A stretch of DNA of 64,000 bases from Cystobasidiomycetes sp. EMM_F5 (lineage: Eukaryota): positions 248,001-312,000 of the forward strand of contig JBPGPT010000017.1 in NCBI GenBank assembly GCA_051047955.1, in the 5' to 3' direction. The notes under the pieces were generated by a model that worked only from the letters and a program-made list of their open reading frames with translations, ran no database searches and was not told the origin of the DNA. Numbering within the stretch: the stretch's first letter is position 1; every line of letters begins with the position of its first letter. Positions 53,804 to 64,000 of this stretch are shown here, piece by piece. The position numbers and the translations under genes are program-made.

Positions 53804-54264
53804 GCTGGGTGCTTTCTGCACATAGAGTGAGCTTTTCTTTCCTTGTGTTGTATCAGATCAGCAGCGAAGAAGAAATTTGAATAAAATTTTCAGTCGGATT
53901 TTCCATAGAGCGCGCCCTTGCAGCTAGCTCTTACTGACATACATTCAAGTAACTGATGAGACTGCGTATTCTTTTGGGGATGTGTTGTCTCCACTCGACT
54001 AGGAAATGTATAGCTAATGCCAGGTGTCTCAGGTGGCGAAAATAGGAATCACTTCAGCTAGGGACTCAGCGAAGTCCCAACTCTGCTCCGCTGTCAAGGC
54101 TACAATTCACGCGCAGTTATTTACTATGGTCGTCGTGAGGATGCCAATATACGTCTCTCTACCAGCCTCTTGTTAGCTTCCCGGTATAGCTGACGGCTTG
54201 ACCTTTGACCCGCCACCTCGACTGACTCTGGGTATTACTCATAATGCAAGATGATGCCCTACGG

Positions 54265-54295
54265 TATAAAGGTCTTCGTCTTCTTCTTCTTCTTC
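54265..54295 (+). promoter_or_regulatory. TATA box followed by (TTC)n pyrimidine tract
   Basis: TATAAA at 54265-54270 and (TTC)5 at 54281-54295, ~115 bp upstream of ATG 54386. Confidence 0.5.
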
Positions 54296-54385
54296 TCTTT
54301 CACCACACTCTTCCTGAGCTCTACCGAAAGAGGGATTGCCCAGGTCCCACATCCATCAATTCAACTTCACCTCATTCATACAACT

Positions 54386-55070
54386 ATGCACTCACAGTAC
54401 ATTTATACCATCTGCGGGGCACTCGCAAGCATCATGCTCATATCAGCTGAACCAGTAGAAGCCCTCCCTGTTCGTGGGGCGTTGGGAGCAGTTGGATTTC
54501 GCGCTCGGGCTGCACGGAGAGCCGCTCATCTCCGTCAACATCACGAGCAAGAGCTTCTGCAGAGGAGCATTTCGACTCGTGAACCCGAAACAGTCACATA
54601 CGCCTGTACAGACGAAACAGTGCCTCAAGCTGGTAGACCAGGAAGCAGATTGACATTGCAAAGAAGGGTTGCGGATTGGTGGTCGAGTCATCTACATCCG
54701 ACAGCCTCGACATCTGCACAAGCTAGTCAAGCAGCTGTTTACGATTCCTACGTGTAGGTCGCGGCGACACACTCCAAACGAGGCACGGGCTTACATTTAG
54801 GACACACAGGAACAGGAAATCGATGGAATCAGCGGAGATGAACAAAGCAGCTATGCAAGCCCGGCAGCTTCCAGGAGACAATTCTATAGGATCTGAACAT
54901 CCTCAACCCAACGAACAATCAGTCTACGAGTCGTACATGTGAGTTTGCATTTTCTTGGCAGCACGAGCCGGAAACTAACGGATATTTATAGAGCCGCCAT
55001 GGACGCAGCGACGGCGACGGCAGCATGGGCCGCGTATACTCCTGCTGGTCCATCACCGCTGAGACATTAA
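54386..55070 (+). CDS. Orphan small secreted protein (3 exons)
   Basis: Signal-peptide-like start MHSQYIYTICGALASIMLISAEPVEA-LP. Two phase-2 GT-AG introns join an open frame ending ...AAYTPAGPSPLRH-stop. Confidence 0.6.
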
Positions 55071-55293
55071 TCGGGATTGGTTCATAGATAGTAATATTGG
55101 CATTCTTCGATCTTCTTGTGCGCAATGTTTCCCTTGAGGGAGCACGCGCAGACCGCCTCCACGTCATATCCAGCAAGAATCACACTGGTTGTGGTACAGC
55201 ATAATGATACAATCAGTTCACGTTGTTGATACGGAAAATACACAATGCACGATGCTATAACTTCAACGCTAATCTTCACGTCAAGCCTGCCTA

Positions 55294-56184
55294 TTAGAGC
55301 TTTGCCTTAACGGCAGCATCCTCATTCACCGCCTGTCTAAGCGATTCTACAGATTGCAGTATCCACTCCGTCCCATCGTCTCCGCCGAGCCACTGTTTAT
55401 CCGCCAATGACAGCCCTTCTTCTGGCACATCGTTCTCGGCCGACCCATCTTCCAGCGCTTTCTTGAGCCCAAAGACGTGACTTGTTGCTTGCGAGCCGAC
55501 ACCCGTTTGCCCTTGTAAGCAAGCGATTGCGAGGATGGATGTGAGTGTTCGGCCTAGAGGCCCCACTGGCGAAGGATCGCTCAACACTAGCGAGTAGTGC
55601 GACTCTAGGATGTGTACAGGTAGATCAGGGTGATATTGACCGAGCTTAGAGATTAGCTTGTCGTGATGTGGTCGATATATAGAGTCCCATAATTCGCGAC
55701 CTCGCTCGAAAGCTGGTCGAATAGTATTAAGTCGAGATATTCTGATTGTAAAGTATAGTGAGCTTCGATAGATATAGAGTCTAGACGTTTAGTGTCATCT
55801 TACAGACCTCTTGGGTTGATTTGATAAATGTTGAGAAATACCGTCCGCCGCAAAGCATTCATGCAGTACGCCGAGGTTATTGATGACGGACGCGATGCCA
55901 ATGAAGCTTATGCTCTTCAGCCCGCCCTCGCGCATCAGTGATGCTTCCGCCGGTGTCTTGTCAGTCCATTTCCACAATGATTTCAACGCATGGGGAGCAT
56001 TGAGAGCGAAAAGCGTGCCAACAGCGACAGTCAACAGAGCGTTCTTGGACGTTTGTACTTGAGACTTTTTGTGCAGAGCATCCAGCAGCTGTGCAAGCTT
56101 CTCTTGACCGGCAGTAGACCCGACCGGACTTCCACGACTCGCGATGAGCTGCTTGACGGCGGGCGACAGCGAGACCTTCTTCAT
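55294..56184 (-). CDS. AhpD/carboxymuconolactone-decarboxylase-like peroxisomal protein (Pxp2-like)
   Basis: LMREGGLKSISFIGIASVINNL, GRELWDSIY, HYSLVLSDP, RTLTSILAIACL...SHVFGLKKA. C-terminal KAKL-stop (PTS1). Confidence 0.72.
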
Positions 56185-56366
56185 GGAGACGCTTGCTTGA
56201 GCACTGTGTTAGAAAGAAGGCCTGCAGCTCTCAGGACTTTACCGAGCTGGTTCGGACGGAATCTCCGGAGGTCCACAATCAGCCCCTATTCTCAAAGACA
56301 TGGTGGTCGTGACTTGCTTGGTCGCTTGTCAAGGCCAGCACTTGCCATACTGCAGACTGCTTCGAC

Positions 56367-58166
56367 ATGCCGTCTCAGGCCAAGATGTCGAGATCCATTC
56401 TGGATACGGATCTGTACAAGCTGACCATGCAGGTGCGACCGGTCTCGATGACGCGCAGGGCTGCTGTTTACGTCAAGGCTGAGGCTGGCGTGACTTCCTA
56501 GAATGCCGTACGAATCTGCTATCCCGATGCAAAGGTCACGTATCGCTTCAAGAACCGCTCCGCTTCAATGCGTTCCAACGCAGAGGCATTCGCGTACATT
56601 CAGGACGCCATCAAGGCTATGGACAACATGCGTCTTACGCCAGAGGAGAAAGGATGGCTCACAATGACATGCCCTTATTTTCCAAAAGAGTACCTCGACT
56701 TTCTATCGACATTTGAGCTGGACAGCAGCAAACAAGTCAGGTTAAAATGGGAGGACGACGGAACCGGGTTTGGCGATCTCGACATCGAAAGTGAGCAAAT
56801 CATCCTGTGCATGTCTCCGCATATCTAAAGTAAGGCCGTTGTGCTCTTAGTCGAGGGCCTCTGGAAAGAAGTCATCCTGTATGAAGTACCTATCCTGTCC
56901 ATCCTTAGCGAAGCGTACTTTCGCTTTGTGGATAAGCATTGGGACTATGTTGGTCAGAGACTGGCTGCAAAAGAGAAGGGGATGGAGCTACTGCGCGAAG
57001 GGATCGTCTTTTCGGAATTCGGAACACGCCGGCGGCGCAGCTATCACGGACACAAGATCGTTATGCAAGGTCTTATCGACGCTCGTAATCACCTTACCGG
57101 CGATGGCACTCTCCGTGGTAAATTGACGGGCACAAGCAATGTCCACCTGGCGATGCTGTTCAACGTTAATCCCGTCGGGACAATTGCTCACGAATGGATC
57201 ATGGGTGAGGCCGTAGTGACCGGAAAATGTCGCATGTGGTAATGTATGCTCTTCCCAGGCATTGCGGCTATGGAAGGTTACGAAGGCTCGAATGCATTGG
57301 CAATGAAGACCTGGGAGAAGGTGTATCCCGGAGGAGCGCTACGAGTTGCGCTGACTGATACCTTTTCAACAAAGCGTATGCTTCATTCCGCTCAAGCACA
57401 ATCTGATTTCCGCTGATATCTCGCCAAGCGTTCTTTGATGATATGAGGGCAAATCCTGATTTGCCTAAAACATGGAATGGCTTGCGGCAGGATTCCGGTG
57501 ACCCATTCGAATTCATACACGTTGCTATTGGCATGTATAAAGAGCTAGGGATCGATCCATCTACGAGTGAGTGGAGACCTGTTTCCGGTGAATAGCCTGA
57601 GCTCATGCTATGAATCGCAGAGAACATTGTCTTTTCCGATGGTCTGCACGTGGACAAGGCAGTCAAGCTAGCCGCCGCTGCGAAGCAGGCAGGCATCGGC
57701 TGCTCGATGGGAGTAGGGACTTTCTTCACTAATGACTACAGATACAAAGAAAGCCCAGATCCCGATAATTCGGAGGGAGAGGGAGACGTTGCTGAGGGTC
57801 CAGTCAGCAAACCTATGAATATGTAAGACTTTTGTGACGATTTGCCTTTGCGATCACTGAAGACTGAGGTGGTGATGGCACACAGCGTGATTAAGCTGTA
57901 CAAGATCAACGGCATCCCATGCGTCAAGATCTCTGATGAGATGAACAAGGTCAGGCGGTTCCCACTCGCAGCGAGCTGACATATCCTGATGCAGCCATTC
58001 TTGTATTACAGGTTATGGGCGAGAAAGACGCTGTGGAGATGGTGCGACAGAGGCATGTGTCTTTCTTGGTCCATGTCAGAACATCAGCTAACACCATTTG
58101 TGCAGATTCGGACTGGACAAGGGTCAAGTCCTCGCAGGTCAGCCACAAATCGTGCAGGCGACGTAG
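56367..58166 (+). CDS. NPT1: Nicotinate phosphoribosyltransferase
   Basis: SILDTDLYKLTMQ, ILYEVPILSILSEAYF, FSEFGTRRRRS, GTSNV, GTIAHEWIMG, ALTDTF, GLRQDSGDP, IVFSDGL, GVGTFFTND, KPMNIVIKL, VKISD. Confidence 0.95.
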
Positions 58167-58307
58167 AACCACACTCCGGAAGAGCCATTGGGTAGAAGTC
58201 ACAATGTCGTTGTAGATGTCCTCATGAAAGGGTAATTTTCGCTGTGTAAATGACATGCCCTGAGACGCGACTTTCGGTCACTAGCTTTGTCCTCTGACGC
58301 ACCAACA

Positions 58308-61300
58308 ATGCGGGCAGCTGGCCTGGTGCTACTGCTGCTGAGTGCATTACCGCCGCTGATCACTGCTGTCAAGCGGCAGGACTTCAAGACTTGTGCACAA
58401 GCTGGCTTCTGTAGGCGCTTGCGAGACTTGCCGGTAACGACGGGCTCTTCCCCATATTCTTTGGACCCAAAGAGTATTGCATTTGATAGTGGGAGCAGCA
58501 CACTCAGCGCGGCCATCCTATCGTCCATATACCCAGAAGCCAAGTTTTCACTGCAGTTGGCCGTCACGAAAAATGGACTTGCCAGGCTCAAGATTGATGA
58601 ACTCGCAGGCCTGCGACAAAGGTACAATGAGACTGCACAATGGGTCTTGGTGAAAGAGCCCGAATTATCGACCAGTACAGTCTACAAGAAGGATAAAAAT
58701 GGCAAAGGGAGCACGCTATCCTGGGAGACTCGAGGTGGTCACCAGCAGCAAGCCAGAATTACATACAATCCGCTCAAAATCGATTTTCTACGCGATGGTA
58801 CGGTGCATGTGGCCTTCAACGACCAGAATCTCTTCCACATGGAGCACTTCCGTGTAAAGAATATCGGAGTAGACCAGCAAGATCCGCCGACAGCCGTCAT
58901 TGATGATGGTGTAGTTGCCGCAAGATCCCAATTCGAGCCTTTCACGAGCGAGGATGGGGCTTGGGAGGAAACGTTTGGATCTAATACAGACTCTAAGCCG
59001 AAAGGTGCGGTTGTCTGAGATTCAACTTCAAAAAACTTATACATGGATCGCTCTTCCAGGACCAGAATCCATCAGTTTTGATGTAACTTTCCCCGGGTAC
59101 GAGCACGTATTTGGCATTCCGCAGCACGCTAGCCCTCTGTCCTTGCGTACTACTCGGTATGTGATATTCGTCTGACATGCACCGCTAAACCTGAAATTTT
59201 GTCGTCAGCGGGGGTGATGGAGCCTTCACAGATCCCTATCGCCTATACAACGCCGACGTGTTCGAGTACGAAGCTGATTCGGAAATGTCCATATACGGAT
59301 CTATCCCTTTCATGCATGCTCACAAGGCTGGCTCAACCGTAGCTGTCTTCGATGTGGTTGCGAGCGAGACTTGGATAGACATTACAAAATCGTCAAAGTC
59401 AACACATACGCACTGGATGTCTGAGTCCGGCATTTTGGACTTGTTCGTATTCCTTGGCCCGACCACAGAGGACGTTTTCGAGACGTACGGCCAATTGACG
59501 GGGACGACCGCCCTGCCACAGATGTTTGCGATCGGTCACCACCAATGCCGATGGAATTACTTAAATCAAGAAGACGTGGCAGAGGTTACACGTAAATTCG
59601 ATGAACACGACATTCCGTTTGACGTTATTTGGCTAGATATCGAGTATGCGAAAGAAGTAGGTTTGGAGGGCTACCGGGTTTATGGTCTTGACACTGAGGA
59701 AACATTGTTACAGCACGAATACTTCATTTGGGACCGCGCACATTTCCCCAAACCGGAAGTGATGCAAGATGCTCTCGCTGCAGTGGGTCGGCAGCTAGTC
59801 GCCATAGTCGACCCGCATATCAAACGCGACGATGGTCTATACGTCTACAAAGAGGCTCAAAGTCTTGGTATACTCAGCAAGCAACCAGACGGTGTGACAG
59901 AATACGAAGGGTGGTGTTGGCCCGGGTCTTCGGCGTGGGTGGACTGGCTAAACCCAGCAAGCTGGCAATGGTGGACTGGCCTATTCAAATTTGACAAGTT
60001 TGTGGTATGTTAACGGGCTTAGTCTCGAAATAGACAGCACTCAAGCGGCTTTCTGCTTGTATTAGGGTTCTCGCCCAAATCTCTACATTTGGAACGATAT
60101 GAACGAGGTGACCAAATCCCCTTGCTTACAGCAGTGCGCGGGCTTACGATTACGATCACTTCTAGCCTGCTATATTCAGCGGGCCAGAGATATCAATGCC
60201 TCGCGATAACGTGCACTACGGCGGATGGGAACATCGTGACGTACATAATATGTTTGGGATGCTCTACGTAGGTCTTTCTGCGATCCTATTTGACGCCGCC
60301 TTCACCTAATGTCTCTTTAGCACAACATCACGTCACAAGCGTTGATTGCTCGCGAACAACCTGCCAAAAGACCATTCGTTCTCTCGCGTGCGTTCTTTGC
60401 AGGCTCCCAACGCTTTGGATCGATATGGACTGGCGATAATATGGGGACATGGGACCATCTTGCTGGGTCAGTTCCGATGATCCTTGGTAACAGCGTTGCA
60501 GGAATGGCATTCAATGGCGGTAAGTTGGCCTGTAGAATGTAAAACGATCGATCATGGTAGACTGACAGGCCTCGTAGCCGACGTTGGCGGGTTCTTTGGC
60601 AATCCTGAGCCTGATATGCTCGTGCGCTGGTATCAGAGCGGGGCCTTCTATCCATTCTTCCGAGCTCATGCGCATATCGATACAAAACGTCGCGAACCAT
60701 ACTTGTTTGATGAACCGATCCGCGGTTATCTCCGCGATGCCATTCGTCTGCGCTATTCCCTTTTGCCGGCATGGTATACAGCCTTTTTCCACGCCAGTCT
60801 TAGCGGAACACCCGTTATTAGACCTCACTACGTCGCCTTTCCCCAAGATACCAACGGTTTCGCTGTTGATGATCAGTTCTTCGTCGGTACTTCTGGTCTT
60901 TTGGTACATCCCGTTGTGCGGAAGGATGCTGAAGATGCATCAGTCTACTTAGCAGACGACGAAGTAGGTGACTCACTTGACAGGATGAACGTGCATGCTG
61001 ATGGCCCTTTGCAGCCGTATTACGATTATCACACACACGACGTGTACATGGGTGGCAAAGGCAGTAGCGGAAGTCGTATAAGTGTTCCTGCGCCGCTGTC
61101 AAAGTTACCTCTGTTTCATCGTGGGGGTTCGATCACTACTCGACGCGACCTAGTGCGACGCGCCGCCCCATTGATGTGGCGTGACCCGATATCTCTGGTG
61201 ATTGCACTGGACAGATCTGGGTCCAAAGCAGGTGGAGATATCTACATGGATGACGGATCATCATACAGCTATACTACCGGACAACTTATTTGGCGGGCTT

Positions 61301-63370
61301 TCGAACTCTCTGCGGCAGGAGACAAGATATTCTTGAGGTCGTCAGACCTGGTCAAGAAGTACGATGGTCTGAACGAAGACTTTTTAGCCGTTGCTGCAAA
61401 CTATGATCGCCATAACAAGTTTGCCCAGTCGATCAAGACAGTCATGGTAGATGAGATTACTATACTAGGCCTGAAAACGCAACCGTCGTGCATTCGCTCG
61501 GGCAGCGGTCAGACTGGTCTAGCTCACACGTGGAATGCAGGTCTCGCCTCAAACGCGGGCAAGCGCAAGTCCGGCGGTAGGGCAAGTATACTGCGCATAC
61601 ACGCCGCAGGCCTTCCAATAACGGAAGACTGGGAAATTATCATTGAGCTTGACCCATCTAGAAGATGCAGCGCTGCGCAGGCTTTGGTTCAAGCAGTTTC
61701 GCTCGAGGATCCGACTTGCCCTGGACCTGGGCAAGCCCGCTGCCGTAACGTTGGCCATATCTCTCAATGCCTGCTCATCAGCCGCGTCAATGACGGAATT
61801 TGCGATCCAGAATGCTGTGACGGCTCTGATGAGACCGATGGCAAGGTCCAGTGTCCTAATGTCTGCGCACAGTTGGCGAAAGAACACAAGGCAAAGGCCG
61901 ATGCAGAGGCTCGCGTACAGCGGGTTGGCGCAAAACTTCGTAAAGAATGGTCGATTTACGGCATGAAGGAAAAACGCAAATTGGAGAAATCCCTCGCTAA
62001 GCGCCGCGAGGAGACTGCTACGTTGGCCCAACGAGAAAGAACATTGAAAATCGTACTAGAAAAGCTAGAGAAAAGCGAGGCCAGCGACATTGAACGAAAG
62101 AAATCCAGTACTTTGTATAAGAGGCTGGAAGAACACAGAGAAGCTCTGACATCGCTGCGGAAACAGCGCACTCACTTGCAATCCCAGATTGGGGATCTTC
62201 AAACCCTTCTGTCTGACCTCAAGACTTCGTTCAATCCAAATTATCAGGACATGGCAGTTCTTGGAGCAGTGCGTGCATTCGATGACTGGCGCAAGAAGCA
62301 CGCCTACGAAATCACTGAAGAATCGCCCGTCGGGCGGGGCGAAGCCGACTCTGCTGAAGGCGACACTGCAGTCGAAGAAGTACAGCCAGCAACGCTTGAT
62401 TTCGATGAGATTTCAGACGAAATTCTTCTTGCGATGGAGGGAGAAGACTCGCTCAACCTGATTAGCGAGTTAGATGCTACTTCTATAGCCGACGATGCAA
62501 CCAGCATGCGTGAGACGGCAATTCTCGGATCAGGTCGCACCGTAACTGACACGAGACGTTTCTCCACACAGTCTTCCGTCTCGAGGAGTACTTACCTGAC
62601 AGCCTCCGACCCCATTACGAGGGCATGCGCAAATCTCTCCTGGACGTGCTTACCAATTTCGGTCTCATTTCAAAGACTGTTGTCGAGAAGAGCGAGCGCC
62701 CTGATGTCTCAAAAGCTCGCACAACATACCAAGATGCAGAGCGATCTTTGCGAGACAATGAACGCCAAGTGTCCGAAAACGAGGCATCGCTGAAGAAAGA
62801 CTGGGGAGCCGACTGGGCATGGAAAAAGCTGGAGGGCCAATGTATCGAGAAAGAAGCTGGAGAATATGTGTACGAGCTCTGCTTCTTTGATAAGGCATCC
62901 CAACGATCAAACAAAGGCCATGGTACGACAAATTTAGGGTGAGTGACGTAGCATGCGCTATGACAAAAACGTGTGTTTAATGTTATGCTATAACAGCAAC
63001 TTTGCCAGTTGGAACACAGCTGCGTCAGTAGGTACACCGGAATACTACCTGAAACAGTCGTATGAGAACGGACAGAGGTAAGCATACCTGAGTTTGGTGA
63101 GGCGAGTTGGATCTGATGAATAATATGCAACATTCAGGTGTTGGAACGGTCCAGATCGATCCGTAGCTGTGGAGTTCATCTGCGGCACTAGTAATGCGTT
63201 ACTTTCTATAATGGAGCCGTGAGTCAGGCTCCTTACGCGGCGAAGCAATATGCTAACATTTTGCTTCCAGCGAAAAATGCACTTATTTGTACAAAGTGCA
63301 GACGCCTGGCGTATGTGTTGAGCCCGCTGTACAGGGGAGCGACGAAGACAGTCACTCGGACGAATTATGA
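58308..63370 (+). CDS. Glucosidase II alpha (GH31) - beta (PRKCSH, LDLa-like + MRH) fusion protein, ER-luminal
   Basis: Signal peptide, then [15 protein letters not shown], catalytic WNDMNE and [21 protein letters not shown]. The frame continues without a stop into CRNVGH...[18 protein letters not shown]...CPNVC, a coiled coil, [10 protein letters not shown] and the MRH domain ([28 protein letters not shown]...TPGVC), ending SDEL-stop. Confidence 0.9.
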
Positions 63371-63521
63371 CATTTGTCTTGTGTACGATCGTCAAGCATA
63401 TCATAGCAGTGATGCAGAAGTTTATGAGTTTGCAAAAATCACCTATCCTATATCATGCTAGCTAGGAATGAGCGCAAAGCTTCTCCGTGATCAGCTGATA
63501 CTGTATGCGAAGATGAGGTCT

Positions 63522-64000
63522 TCAAAATGTGGCAGATTCTTGGTTATAATGTGCTGCGCGAAGTGCCGTTCCGTCATCCAGGGATGGCTTCGCGTCGGGC
63601 CGCTGAGTCTTTTGCATCTTCGTGGATAGTGCAGCCAATTGCACAACCGGATACCTGACGATAGTGCTCTTAAATACGCTTTGCAAGACGTTTGACTTTG
63701 CGAACACTCGCTTGGGCAGCCTGTGCCGCAAAGCCCAGTAACCCACGCGAGCACGTCTCTGCTCCGCAGGTGGCGCAATGACCGGTAAGTGCTCGAGGAT
63801 GGGAGTACCTTCGCAATAGAAAATGCTCATCTGAATCCATCTCTTTTGCTGTTGCAACCTAGCGCAATTGACGTATCGAGCACAGAATTGGTAGAGCAGC
63901 GTATCCTGCCGACAATCGATAATAAAGAACCATTTTCCCTTCTGATCTTGATCTTCCTGCATCGTGACAAGCCCGAGGCTTTGTGCATTACATTAGCCTT
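63522..64000 (-). CDS. 3' end of an unidentified gene running out of the window
   Basis: 146-codon ORF convergent with the glucosidase II gene; no recognisable motif. Confidence 0.35.

Noticed and set aside
54251..54385. Upstream in-frame ATG extending the secreted-protein ORF with poly-Phe
   Set aside because: The extension spans the TATA box and (TTC)n tract, so it is more likely promoter or 5' UTR.
18189..58166. Tna1-like permease plus NPT1 as a nicotinate cluster
   Set aside because: They are ~36 kb apart with many unrelated genes between, and the permease substrate is unknown.

Overview
Eukaryotic, intron-rich and very gene-dense fungal DNA in the standard genetic code. Introns are short (mostly ~50-100 nt) GT-AG with GCTRAC-type branch points. 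The gene content (CAP10/GT90, phytoene desaturase, intron density) suggests a pigmented basidiomycete yeast, probably Pucciniomycotina; this is inference. About 25 protein-coding genes are present, mostly housekeeping: PPX1 (partial), GT90/CAP10 glycosyltransferase, two nucleotide-sugar transporters, PCS60, CDK1, ARP10-like, MFS permease, Bud2-like RasGAP, SLC1, NDUFB9, Gemin2, crtI, NOT1, HOM2, PSF2, TVP38, cytosolic HSP70, AhpD-like PTS1 protein and NPT1. The most notable feature is a single gene (58308-63370) that fuses the glucosidase II alpha (GH31) and beta (PRKCSH/MRH) subunits into one ER polypeptide. Other leads: a candidate SYCP2/Red1-type meiotic axis gene, a predicted multibranch structured element in the crtI-NOT1 gap, and an orphan secreted protein with an internal duplication. 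No transposon, rRNA, tRNA or CRISPR was recognised. Exon structures were deduced by eye, so boundaries are approximate; family calls rest on recognised motifs, not database searches.
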